Assembly: GCA_003022685.1 (NCBI GenBank)
Contig: PXSV01000087.1
Location: forward strand, 1 to 48,808
Source: Halobacteriales archaeon SW_9_67_24
GTDB taxonomy: Archaea > Halobacteriota > Halobacteria > Halobacteriales > Halococcaceae
Reading direction: 5' to 3'
Length of the DNA stretch: 48,808 nt
Positions 21,589 to 31,605 of this stretch are shown here, one piece after another. Below the pieces are notes generated by a model. It ran no database searches and was not told the DNA's origin. It worked only from the letters and a program-made list of their open reading frames with translations. Within the stretch, counting starts at the first letter, position 1, and every line of letters begins with the position of its first letter. Made by a program: the position numbers and the translations under genes.

Positions 21589-22491
21589 ATGCAATCGGTT
21601 CGAGCGCTCCTGGTCGACGCCTTCACCGACGAACCGCTGGCGGGCAACGCCGCCGGCGTGGTGCCCGCCGCGGACGACCTCTCCGCCGCCCAGATGCAGG
21701 CGATCGCGGGCGAACTCGGCGCGAGCGAGACCGCCTTTCTCCACCGATCCGACTCCGCCGACCGCCGAGTGCGCTACTTCACGCCGAGCACCGAAGTCGA
21801 TCTCTGCGGTCACGCCACGATCGCTTCCCACGCGTTCCTGCGCGAGGACGGCACGATCGGCGACGGTGCGTACACGCTCGCAACCAACGTCGGCGTGCTC
21901 GACATCGAGATCGGTGGAGAGTGGGTGTGGATGACCCAGAACGATCCCGAGATCCGAACCGTCGACCTCGACACTGAACGAGTGGCCGACGCGCTCGACA
22001 TCGATCCGGCGGCGATCGCGGACGTCGACCTGCCGATGGCTCGGAGTTCGACCGGACTCCCGTTCCTGATCGTTCCCGTTACCTTCCTCTCCGTTCTCGG
22101 CGAGTGCGAGCCCGACATGGCCGCGATCGAAACGCTCTGCGAGACGGTCGACGCGACCGGGCTGTACGCGGTCACGTTCGACACGCTCACCGCCGACGCG
22201 ACCGCCCACGGCCGGATGTTCGCGCCGCTGGCGGGCATCCCCGAGGACCCCGTGACGGGCACTGCGAGCGGCGCAGTCGGGGGGTACCTCCGCGAGTTCG
22301 AGGCCATCGAGGCCGAGGCGATGGCCTTCGAGCAGGGTCACTTCGTGGATCGGCCGGGCCGGGTCGCGGTCCGCGTCGACGACAGCGCGCCGCGTTGCGA
22401 GCGGGTGCGGGTCGGGGGTCGCGCGACGATCGCGCTCGACGGGAGGCTATCGGTGCCCGAAACGAGCGAGAACGACATCGTCGAGGCGTGA
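21589..22491 (+). CDS. PhzF-family (DAP epimerase-like) isomerase
   Basis: VDAFTDEPLAGNAAGV, SETAF, EVDLCGHATIA, EDPVTGTASG and EQG. Confidence 0.93.
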   Translation: MQSVRALLVDAFTDEPLAGNAAGVVPAADDLSAAQMQAIAGELGASETAFLHRSDSADRRVRYFTPSTEVDLCGHATIASHAFLREDGTIGDGAYTLATNVGVLDIEIGGEWVWMTQNDPEIRTVDLDTERVADALDIDPAAIADVDLPMARSSTGLPFLIVPVTFLSVLGECEPDMAAIETLCETVDATGLYAVTFDTLTADATAHGRMFAPLAGIPEDPVTGTASGAVGGYLREFEAIEAEAMAFEQGHFVDRPGRVAVRVDDSAPRCERVRVGGRATIALDGRLSVPETSENDIVEA

Positions 22492-22585
22492 AACCCCGAG
22501 AACGCGACCACGTCTTCCGGATCGGGGTCCGTCAGTCCCGATGCGCGCATCTCACGGTTGTCCGTCGAGAGGCTTCGTCCCGACC

Positions 22586-24850
22586 TCACCCGCGGTTCTC
22601 TTCCCACCGTCGCTTGAGCCGGTGGATGGCGATGCCGGTGATCCCGGCGAGCGCGGCGAGAACGCCGAAACCAGGCCCTGCCGAACTGCTTTCGCCGTCC
22701 GTGTGCGAACCCCTCGCGGGAGCAGCCGTCTCGGTCGCCGTCGGTGTCGTGGTGGCCGGTGCCGTCGCCGTGGACTCGGGCTGCCTGGTTCGGGTCGTCG
22801 TCTCGTCGGCCGGCCTCTCGTCGGTCGTCTCGGTCGCCGTACTGGTGTCGGCAGTATCGACAGTGTTAGTGACGTCCGTGGTGTCGGTCGTGGTGCGTTC
22901 GGTCGGTGTTTCGGTGGCTTCGGTTGTCGTCGGCAACGGTGTGTCGGTTGCCGTGGTCGTGGGTTCGGGCGTTTCGGTGCGGATACTCACGGCACCGCTG
23001 TCCGGCGGTGGGTACGCTGCTTCATCGAGAACGATCCCATCGGCGTTGGCGACGAGCACCGCTCGGTCGAGATCGGTGTCCCGGCCGGTGTAACGGACCG
23101 ACTCGGTGTCCTCGCTGCTCCCGATCCGGACGGTGACCGTCCCACCCGGATCGAGAACGCGGGGATCGAACGTGTAGACGTTCGCTTCCTCGTTCGTCGG
23201 TACCCGAAGCGCCCCGCTCTGGAAGCTGAGCCTGAAGCCAGCGAGATCGACCGGTTCGTCGCCGGTATTTCGGAGTCGCACGGCGTTCCCGTCGAAACCC
23301 TCGCCGTCCTGTTCCGACGCCCCTCGCGTGATCCCGACGATCTCGATTAGTTCGTGCGGCGGCGGTTCGGAAAGGAGTTTCGCGCCCGGCGTGCCGTCGT
23401 CGGTCGCGAACGAGGCGAGCGTCCGTACCGATGCGGTCGGCTCCTCGACCGTCGAAACCGCCCGGTAGTCGGTGCGCCACCGATCGGGCGTGACCGTACA
23501 CCGGACGTATCCGCGGTGATCGCTGAAAAACCGCTGCCACGGCTCGTTCGCCGAGCGGCCGTACTGCGTGATTCCCGTGCCGTTCATGCCTGAGGTGAGC
23601 GAGGTTCCGACGTACTCGGTACCGACCGTCGGGGCGTCGGGGTTCGAGAAGTCGGCTTTGAGGTCGTACGCGTAGTTGCGGTGGATGTCGCCGGTGATCA
23701 CGATCGGGTTCCGATCGGGGGGTTCCGCCATCGCGTCGAGCACCGTCCGCCGGTCGGCCTCGTAGCCGTCCCACCAGTCGTTGCTGATGTGGACCGAGGA
23801 CATGAGGACCTGGTTGGCGAGGACGTTCCAACGCGCCGTCGAGTCCGCCAGGCCCGTCACCAACCAGTCCTCCTGCTCGTCCCCGAGGATGTCCAGCACG
23901 TCGAACTCGACGAGGTCGCCGAACTTGAACCGACGGTACAGCGGGAGGTTCGGCCCGTCGGGCAGCCGCGAGGGCCGGAGCGGTTGGTGTTCGAAGTACG
24001 CCCGATACGCGTTCGCCCGCCGTTCGCGGAACTCGTCGTGGGGGACATCCCGATAGTCGTCGCCAGCGTAGTTGTTCACGACCTCGTGGTCGTCCCACGT
24101 GACGATCCATGGGCACGCGGCGTGTGCCGCCTGAAGATTCTCGTCCGTCTTGTACTGGGCGTAGCGAACGCGGTAGTCGCCGAGACTTTCGAGATTGTGT
24201 GGGGGTTCGTGGCTCCGATCGAGCGAAGTTTGGATGTTCTTGCCGTAGATGTAATCGCCCAAATGCACGACTAGTTCGATGTCTTCCTCGGCGAGGTGGC
24301 GATAGGCGGTGAAATACCCCTTGGGCCAGTCCTGGCAGGAGACGAACGCGAACGCGAAGTCGTTCACGTCCGCGTCCGGCGCGGGGGCCGTCTTCGTCGT
24401 TCCGACCGTGGTGCGATACGATCCCGCCTCGAACCGGTAGTAGTACGTCGTATCTGGCTCCAACCCCGTCACGTCGACGTGGACGGAGTGGGCGTACTCC
24501 GCGGTGGCCGTCGCGCTTCCCGACGCAACGACGTCGGTCATCGCTTCGTCGGCTGCCAGCTCCCAGTTCACGGAAACCCGTCTCTCGGCCATTCCCCCGT
24601 CGGCCCGGAGCGGCTTCGGCGCGAGTCGCGTCCAGAGCACCACCGCGTCCGGGAGGGGGTCGCCGGAAGCGATGCCGAGGGTGAACGGGTCCGTCCCGAA
24701 CTCGGCCTGGCTCGCTGCCTGGCGGGTACCGCTCGCCTCGGCGGCCGTTGCACCCATCCCGGAACCACCGAAGCCGGCAGCGACGGTGGCAGCGCCGGCC
24801 TTCCGGAGGAACTCGCGCCGGCGGCTCCCGTATCGTTCGTCGTCGTTCAC
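22586..24850 (-). CDS. phoD: Tat-exported alkaline phosphatase D with lamin-tail-like domain, Thr-rich linker and PGF-CTERM anchor; in-frame deletion near 23890
   Basis: SRRREFL Tat motif; FTLGIASGDP, VLWTRL, HLGDYIY, WDDHEV, WDGY, TGDIH; VRLRNTGDEPVDLAGF (LTD-like); GPGFGVLAALAGITGIAIHRLKRR. Confidence 0.9.
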   Translation of the reverse strand: MNDDERYGSRRREFLRKAGAATVAAGFGGSGMGATAAEASGTRQAASQAEFGTDPFTLGIASGDPLPDAVVLWTRLAPKPLRADGGMAERRVSVNWELAADEAMTDVVASGSATATAEYAHSVHVDVTGLEPDTTYYYRFEAGSYRTTVGTTKTAPAPDADVNDFAFAFVSCQDWPKGYFTAYRHLAEEDIELVVHLGDYIYGKNIQTSLDRSHEPPHNLESLGDYRVRYAQYKTDENLQAAHAACPWIVTWDDHEVVNNYAGDDYRDVPHDEFRERRANAYRAYFEHQPLRPSRLPDGPNLPLYRRFKFGDLVEFDVLDILGDEQEDWLVTGLADSTARWNVLANQVLMSSVHISNDWWDGYEADRRTVLDAMAEPPDRNPIVITGDIHRNYAYDLKADFSNPDAPTVGTEYVGTSLTSGMNGTGITQYGRSANEPWQRFFSDHRGYVRCTVTPDRWRTDYRAVSTVEEPTASVRTLASFATDDGTPGAKLLSEPPPHELIEIVGITRGASEQDGEGFDGNAVRLRNTGDEPVDLAGFRLSFQSGALRVPTNEEANVYTFDPRVLDPGGTVTVRIGSSEDTESVRYTGRDTDLDRAVLVANADGIVLDEAAYPPPDSGAVSIRTETPEPTTTATDTPLPTTTEATETPTERTTTDTTDVTNTVDTADTSTATETTDERPADETTTRTRQPESTATAPATTTPTATETAAPARGSHTDGESSSAGPGFGVLAALAGITGIAIHRLKRRWEENRG

Positions 24851-24989
24851 GACCGTACGGAACCGTCATCCCCGGATGAACCTTGTGACGGAGGAGAAGA
24901 CGAACGAGAGTGCCACCACCCAAACCATCTATCATGTGGTACGATCGGTTCGGAACCTTCTTTATCGACGTTCGTGAGTGTTGATCCAC

Positions 24990-27014
24990 ATGGCAGTACT
25001 CTGGCTGGACGAGGTCGGAAAGAACGATATCGGCGACGTCGGCGGGAAAGGGGCGTCCCTCGGGGAACTCGCCGGTGCCGGACTGCCCGTGCCGCCCGCG
25101 TTCGTCGTCACCGCGGGGACCTATCGCTCGTTCATCGAGGAGACCGGGATCGACGAGGCGCTTTTCGAGGCGGTCGACGTCGACCCCGACGACTCGGCCG
25201 CGCTCGCGGAGGCCCAGGCCCGCGCCGAGGAGCTCATCCTCGACACCGAGATGCCCGACGACCTCCGCGAGGAGATAATCGAAACCTACGGGAACTTGGA
25301 CGACGGCGAGGCGTTCGTCGCGGTGCGCTCGTCGGCCACCGCCGAGGACCTCCCGGACGCCTCCTTCGCGGGCCAGCAGGAGACGTTTTTGAATGTGACC
25401 GAGGAGGACCTCGAGAAGTCGGGCGTGATGTTCACCTCCCATCCCTCGACCGGCGAGGACGACCTCATCGTCGAGGCCGCGTGGGGGCTCGGCGAGGCAG
25501 TCGTGGCGGGCGAGGTCTCGCCCGACAACTACGTCGTCGACCGGGCGAGCGGCGACCTCGATTCGGTGACGGTCGCCGAAAAGAACACGATGTACGTCAA
25601 AAGCGAGACCGGCGAGACCGTTGCCGAGGACGTTCCCGACGACAAACGCACCGCCCGGGTGCTCGACGAGAGCGAGATCCGTAGGCTAGTAGAGCTCGGC
25701 GAGCGCGTCGAGGACCACTACGGCGAACCTCAAGATGTCGAGTGGGCGATCTTTGACGGCGAGGTGTTCATGCTCCAGTCGAGGCCGATCACGACGATCA
25801 CCGAGGGCGACGAATCGGGGGCGGAAGTCGGTGGGGCCAGCGGAGCCGAGGCGGGCGTCGCCGACGGCAGCGGTGCCGACGACACGACGGCCGAGGAGGT
25901 CATTCTGACTGGGCTCGGTGCGAGCCCCGGTGTGGCGAGCGGCCCGGTTCGACTGGTCGAGACGCTCGACCAGCTCGACAAGGTCGAGGAGGGCGATCTC
26001 ATCGTGACCGAGATGACCACCCCCGACATGGTGCCAGCGATGAAGCGCGCAGGCGGCATCGTCACCGACGAGGGCGGGATGACCTCCCACGCCAGCTCGT
26101 CACGATCGACGGCGACAAGGGCACGATACGCGAGGGCCGGACGACCGACGGCGAGCGCGACGCCGTCGAGGAGGTCCGCCCGCAGGCCCCGGTGAAACCG
26201 ATGACCGCGACCGAGGTGAAGGTCAACGTCTCGATCCCCGAGGCCGCCGAACGCGCGGCCGCGACGGGGGCCGACGGGGTGGGACTCCTCCGCCTCGAGC
26301 ACATGATCCTCTCGACGAACAAGACCCCCGAGAAGTACATCGCGGACCACGGCGAGGACGCCTACATCGAGGAGATCGTCGAGGGTGTCCGGCGGTCGGC
26401 CGACGAGTTCTACCCCCGGCCGGTGCGGGTGCGCACGCTCGACGCTCCCACCGACGAGTTCCGCCAGCTCCAGGGTGGCGGCGACGAGCCCGACGAGCAC
26501 AACCCGATGTTGGGGTATCGAGGGATCCGGCGGAGTCTCGACACGCCCGAGGTGTTCGTTCACGAGCTCGAAGCGTTCCGCCGGCTGTACGAGATGGGCT
26601 ACGACAACGTCGGGATCATGCTCCCGCTCGTGAACGACGCCGAGGACGTCCGGCGGGCGCGCGATCTGATGGAGGAGGCGGGCATCGACACCGACAAGCG
26701 GTCGTGGGGCGTGATGATCGAGACGCCCGCGAGCGCGCTGTGTGTCGACGAGATGGCGGCGGCCGGGATCGACTTCGCCTCCTTTGGCACCAACGATCTC
26801 ACCCAGTACACCCTCGCCGTGGACCGGAACAACGGCCAGGTCGCCGACCGCTTCGACGAACTCCATCCCGCGGTGCTCGAACTCATCGGCGAGACGATCG
26901 CGACCTGTCGCGAACACGACCTCCTCGATCTCGGCGAACATCGACGCCGTGCGGGACGTCCAACACGAGGTCAAGCGGGTCGAGCAGAAACTGATCCTCG
27001 ATACCGTCCGCTGA
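24990..27014 (+). CDS. ppsA: phosphoenolpyruvate synthase; three internal deletions (~25410, ~26093, ~26920)
   Basis: VGGKGASLGEL, VAVRSSATAEDLPDASFAGQQET, WGLGEAVV, LQSRPIT, GGMTSHA, GVGLLRLE, EHNPMLGYRG, MIETP, SFGTNDLTQY; true C-terminus SISANIDAV...DTVR ends at 27014. Confidence 0.95.
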
Positions 27015-27258
27015 GATCGGGGCGTCGCCCGATCCATCCGTTCGTGCTGCTGGGACGACCCACCGAAGACACGTCGGAGCGTCTCATAGCAAGCCTCACA
27101 GGGGTGGTCAGCGACTTCGGCATCCAGCGCATCGTAACGATCAGCCGGCGCGTTGTTTCCTTCGAGTGTTCAGCACGTAGTGTAACCGAGAGATGGAAAA
27201 ACAGGGGTCCCACTGAACCCCGTAACGGATTTATTGAACGAACATTACGGCATGAGAT

Positions 27259-27903
27259 ATGCCGACTCTCGAGGCATGGTCGCTCTGGTTGCACATAGCG
27301 GCAGGCGCGGTAGCCATCCTCGCTGGGGTAGGTGCCCTTGTGACGGGTAAAGGCGGGTGGCGACACCGGCAGGCGGGGAAGATCTTCCTCGTTTCGATGG
27401 GGGTCGTTGTTGGGACAGTATTTGTCCTCTTGGTCATCGATCCCACCTCGTTTCGGATCATTCTCACGCTCGTCGCTATCTTCAGTGGATACCTCGCGTT
27501 CTCCGGGTATCGTGTACTCAGTCGGAAACGTCCGCCGGCCACTGCCCACGTGCTGGATTGGACGGTTGCCGGGAGCGTCGTTCTTGCCTGTCTCGCCCTT
27601 GGAGCATGGGGCGTCGCTTGGGTTGTCGGCGGGACTTCGTTTGGGGTCGTGATGGTTGTTTTTGGTGGGATCGGAGTGGCGTTCGGGACGATGGAAATAC
27701 GGAGTTTTCAGAGAGACGAGTCAGGTGAGTGGATGGTTAGCCATCTCCAGCGGATGATTGCTGCGTTCATTGCGACGGTCAGTGCCGTTTCAGCCGTCAA
27801 CCTCACCCCTCTACTGGGCATCGCGGCGTGGTTATGGCCTACTGTCCTCGGAACTCCGCTCATATACTACTGGTCAAAAACGCATAGCACCACCGGATCA
27901 TGA
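27259..27903 (+). CDS. DUF2306-like multi-TM membrane protein in a lower-GC patch
   Basis: LHIAAG...KGGWRHRQAGK and HLQRMIAAFIATVSA; many A/T-ending codons. Confidence 0.8.
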   Translation: MPTLEAWSLWLHIAAGAVAILAGVGALVTGKGGWRHRQAGKIFLVSMGVVVGTVFVLLVIDPTSFRIILTLVAIFSGYLAFSGYRVLSRKRPPATAHVLDWTVAGSVVLACLALGAWGVAWVVGGTSFGVVMVVFGGIGVAFGTMEIRSFQRDESGEWMVSHLQRMIAAFIATVSAVSAVNLTPLLGIAAWLWPTVLGTPLIYYWSKTHSTTGS

Positions 27904-28013
27904 GCGACTGCACGATCGCTTATGCTGATCGATTGCCGGAGTTACAACGAGAGATCCCCATTGTCCTGTAACACCCTCACACCGGCTAACCCCACCACGA
28001 GTTAGTTTCAGCC

Positions 28014-28145
28014 ATGCAACGGAGCACCGCGCAGGCGTTCTCTCCGGACCTCTTCTCGCTGTGTACGGGTGCCCGCCACGCCACCCGCGAGACGCTCCGG
28101 GAGTTCGTGATCGACCTCGATCGCATCGAACAACACCACACTTAG
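28014..28145 (+). pseudogene. mfnA: remnant of L-tyrosine/L-aspartate decarboxylase gene (N- and C-termini fused)
   Basis: Translates MQRSTAQAFSPDLFSLCTGARHATRETLREFVIDLDRIEQHHT*. The halves resemble recalled haloarchaeal MfnA termini (MQ...QxFxRVLSSMCT; PHVTRETLxxFVxDLD), and the position between ppsA and the YqaA-like gene matches recalled synteny. Confidence 0.6.
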
Positions 28146-28170
28146 AAGTAATGCGGGCGCACACCCTGCC

Positions 28171-28770
28171 GTGTCACTCCCGTCGGCCGCCGCGTTCGCG
28201 TTTCTCGCCGATCCCACGGTTGTCGGGGCCGTGCCGCTGCAGTCCGGCGGGCTGGAGGGGGCGGTCGAGAATGCGTCGGGACCGGTCGGCCTCCTCGTCA
28301 TTGCGGTGTACTCGTTCCTGATCGCGATCGTGTTGCCGTTGCCGAGCGAGGTGGTGCTCGTCGCCGCCGAGACCGGACTCGGGTTCGGGCTGGGCGAGAA
28401 CGCCGAACTCACGCTCGTGATCCTCGTGAGCGGTGTCGCCAAGGCCGCCGGGAGCGTCGTGGCCTTTTACCTCGGTCACGAGGCAAAAAAGCAGTCGGGG
28501 CCGATAATCGACCGGCTCCGCGAATCACACTTTGACATCGTCGAATGGACCGAACGTCGAACGCTCGACATCGCTCGGAAGTACGGGTACATCGGGCTCG
28601 CGTTCGCGCTCACGATTCCAGGCTTCCCGGATACGCTCTCGATCTACGCCTTCACCGTCCTGGAGGAGGACTACGTGAAGTTCGCCGCCGCCACGCTCGT
28701 GGGGAGTGCCGGGCGGCTGCTCCTCGTCGCGGGCGTGCTCGCACCCTTCTTCTCGCTTTTCGGTGGGTGA
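28171..28770 (+). CDS. YqaA/DedA (VTT domain) membrane protein
   Basis: YSFLIAIVLPLPSEVVL, KAAGSVVAF, KYGYIGLA and IPGFPDTLSIYAF. Confidence 0.85.
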   Translation: MSLPSAAAFAFLADPTVVGAVPLQSGGLEGAVENASGPVGLLVIAVYSFLIAIVLPLPSEVVLVAAETGLGFGLGENAELTLVILVSGVAKAAGSVVAFYLGHEAKKQSGPIIDRLRESHFDIVEWTERRTLDIARKYGYIGLAFALTIPGFPDTLSIYAFTVLEEDYVKFAAATLVGSAGRLLLVAGVLAPFFSLFGG

Positions 28771-29116
28771 GCGCCTGTGTCCGCCGTTCGTCCCCGCCCC
28801 CGATCGATTGTCGACGATGATCGACAGTGCCGAGCGATGGTCGGGAGGGATACCGTTATCCGTCGGCCGCCCGGATGCGAGTTCGTGTTCCCGACGGTCC
28901 ACCACGCGATGCGGCCACACGGTATGCGCTCCGCGGAGCGCGTGGTGGACTCGCCGGCGCGTCGAACCCGCTGACGCGGCGACGACGGGCGGCGGGGAAA
29001 ACCGCGGCGCGTTCTCCGATCGTTCGCCGTCCAGCTACGACGCAGTTCCAGTCATCGACAATGCACGCCAACGAGAAAACCGCGGGCTTTAGGCCCGCAT
29101 CGAGGTATCGCTACCC

Positions 29117-31183
29117 ATGAGTCACGAGTCGTTCCCAACCGAGAACCCGGCGGTGGTCACGTGTGGACTGCCGTACGCAAACGGCGATCTCCACGTTGGC
29201 CACCTCCGAACCTACGTCGGCGGCGACGCCTACGCCCGCGCGCTCGAAAAGCTCGGCCAGGCGACCGCGTTCGTCTCCGGGTCGGACATGCACGGCACGC
29301 CCGTCGCGGTCAACGCGTGGCGCGAGGGCGTCTCGCCCGAGGAGTTCGCACTCCGCCACCACGAGAAGTACGCCGAGACCTTCCCGGAGTTCGACGTCGA
29401 GTTCGACAACTACGGCCACACGCGCGAGGAAACGAACGTCGAACTCACGCAGGACTTCGTCCGCGAACTCGACGACGGCGGGCATATCTACGAGAAGGAG
29501 ATCGAGGTCGCGTGGGACCCCGAGGAGGACCAACCCCTCCCCGATCGGTACGTCGAGGGGACGTGTCCGTACTGCGGCGAGCACGCCCGCGGCGACGAGT
29601 GCGACGAGGGGTGCGGTCGCCACCTCGAACCAGGCGAGATCGAGAACCCGACCAGCGTCATCACGGGCAACCCTGCGGAGTACCGCACCCGCGAGCACGA
29701 GTTCCTCCGGCTCTCGGAGTTCCAGGACTATCTCGGCGAGTTCATCGATCGGCTCGACGGGACCGCGAACGCTAGAAACCAACCCCGCGAGTGGATCGAG
29801 GGCGAACTCCAGGACTGGTGTATCACCCGCGATCTCGACTGGGGGATCGAGTACCCCGACGAGGAGGACCTCGTACTCTACGTCTGGGTCGACGCGCCGA
29901 TCGAGTACGTCGCCTCCACGAAGCAGTACAGCGAGCGGGTCGATACGGATGGATACGACTGGGAGGAGGTCTGGCAGGACGAAGGCGAAATCGTCCACAT
30001 CATTGGCCGGGACATCATCCAGCACCACACTGTCTTCTGGCCCGCCGTGCTCCACGGGGTGGGGTACAACGAACCCCGGTCGGTGATGGCGAGCGGGTTC
30101 GTCAACCTCGACGGCAAGGGCTTCTCGACCAGCCGCAATCGCGCGGTCTGGGCGGACGACTACCTCGATGAGGGATTCGACACCGACCTCTATCGGTACT
30201 ACGTCACCACCGGGACAGGATTCCAGCAGGACGTCGACTTCTCATGGGAGCGCTTCGCCGAGCGGGTCAACGGCGAGTTGGTCGGCACGCTCGGTAACTT
30301 CTGCTATCGCTCGCTCCTCTTTGCCCACCGCAATTACGACGGCACGCCCGACAGCGAGGTTTCCGCGGAGATCGAAGAGCGCATCGAGGACGCGATCGAG
30401 GACTTCGGCGACGGCGTCGACGGCTACTCGGTCCGAGCGATCGGTCAGGTCCCGGTCGAACTCGCCCAGTTCGGCAACGAGTACATCCAGGGTCACGAGC
30501 CGTGGAAGCTCGACGATCCCGAGCGCGGTACGGTCATCCGGGACTGCGTCCAGCTCGTGAAGGCGATCGCGGTGCTCGCCGAGCCGGTCATGCCGAGCAC
30601 CGCCGAACGCCTCTGGAGCCAGCTCGGCGAGTCCGGCTCGGTCCACGACGCGACGCTCGACGCCGCGCTCGATGCGCCATCCGCGAACTTCGACGCGCCC
30701 GAAGAGCTGTTCGAGAAGATCGACGACGACCGTGTTGCGGAGTTGAACGAGGAACTCGAAGCCCAAATCGCGGCCGCCAGCGAGGACGGCGCGGACGACA
30801 CCGCCGACGAGGCCGGCTCCGACGACGCCGCCGAACCCGCTGTCGACCTCCCGGCGCTCGCCGACGAGCGGATCGGGTTCGAGGCGTTCCAGGACCTCGA
30901 CATCCGCGTCGGCGAGATCGAACTCGCGGAGGGGATCGAGGGCGCTGACGACCTCGCGCGCCTGGAGGTCGACCTCGGCGTCGAGACCCGCCAGGTGGTC
31001 GCCGGGATCAAACAGCTCCACGGCCTCGACGAGCTTCCAGGAACCCGGGTGGTCGTGCTCGCGAACATCGAGAAGAACGAACTGTTCGGCGTCGAATCGA
31101 ACGGGATGGTGCTCGCGGCGGGCGAGGACGCGGACCTGCTCACCACCCACGCGGACAGCGTGCCTGGCACGAAGATCCGCTGA
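29117..31183 (+). CDS. metG: methionine--tRNA ligase with C-terminal tRNA-binding OB domain
   Basis: LPYANGDLHVGH, zinc knuckle CPYC...ECDEGC, YVWVDAP, IGRDII, GFSTS and FGVESNGMVLA; intact 688 aa. Confidence 0.97.
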   Translation: MSHESFPTENPAVVTCGLPYANGDLHVGHLRTYVGGDAYARALEKLGQATAFVSGSDMHGTPVAVNAWREGVSPEEFALRHHEKYAETFPEFDVEFDNYGHTREETNVELTQDFVRELDDGGHIYEKEIEVAWDPEEDQPLPDRYVEGTCPYCGEHARGDECDEGCGRHLEPGEIENPTSVITGNPAEYRTREHEFLRLSEFQDYLGEFIDRLDGTANARNQPREWIEGELQDWCITRDLDWGIEYPDEEDLVLYVWVDAPIEYVASTKQYSERVDTDGYDWEEVWQDEGEIVHIIGRDIIQHHTVFWPAVLHGVGYNEPRSVMASGFVNLDGKGFSTSRNRAVWADDYLDEGFDTDLYRYYVTTGTGFQQDVDFSWERFAERVNGELVGTLGNFCYRSLLFAHRNYDGTPDSEVSAEIEERIEDAIEDFGDGVDGYSVRAIGQVPVELAQFGNEYIQGHEPWKLDDPERGTVIRDCVQLVKAIAVLAEPVMPSTAERLWSQLGESGSVHDATLDAALDAPSANFDAPEELFEKIDDDRVAELNEELEAQIAAASEDGADDTADEAGSDDAAEPAVDLPALADERIGFEAFQDLDIRVGEIELAEGIEGADDLARLEVDLGVETRQVVAGIKQLHGLDELPGTRVVVLANIEKNELFGVESNGMVLAAGEDADLLTTHADSVPGTKIR

Positions 31184-31224
31184 CCGGACGGCACGCACTT
31201 CAGGCTGGAACTCCTTTTGGGGAC

Positions 31225-31464
31225 ATGACCGACGACGCCGACGACTGGAAATACGCAGTCGAGGACTTCGAGGAGTCCGACGGGAACGGTGGTGGAACGC
31301 CGGATGCGGAGGACGGATCGGAAACGGATCGAGCCGACCAAGCGACCGACGTGTTCGGCGAGGCGGGCGCGACCGACATCGAACCCGGATCGCCGAGCCT
31401 CGAAAACGCGCTGTTCGTCTGTCTCGGGGTCGCGGTCGCGCTGCTCGTGATCCTCGGGGTCTGA
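31225..31464 (+). CDS. small acidic protein with C-terminal TM
   Basis: WKYAVEDF...IEPGSPSLENALFVCLGV; resembles the small gene usually found upstream of haloarchaeal nfeD. Confidence 0.75.
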   Translation: MTDDADDWKYAVEDFEESDGNGGGTPDAEDGSETDRADQATDVFGEAGATDIEPGSPSLENALFVCLGVAVALLVILGV

Positions 31465-31605
31465 GACCGTCGACGGGATGGCAACGACCGAACGTGCGAA
31501 GCCGTGAGGGACGAGGGGTGATTCCGGACCCGGGTGAGGAGGGTTCCGTTTGACGGGAGCGCCACGGACCCAACAGTTAATCACGCGTCGCCCTAACACG
31601 CGAGC

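Noticed and set aside
22730-22980. Repetitive GTC/GGT-rich DNA as a possible tandem repeat or CRISPR
   Set aside because: It encodes the Thr-rich linker of PhoD; there is no repeat-spacer periodicity.
28777-28974. 65-aa ORF downstream of the YqaA-like gene
   Set aside because: Arg/Pro-rich, non-acidic and motif-free; coding status is unsupported.
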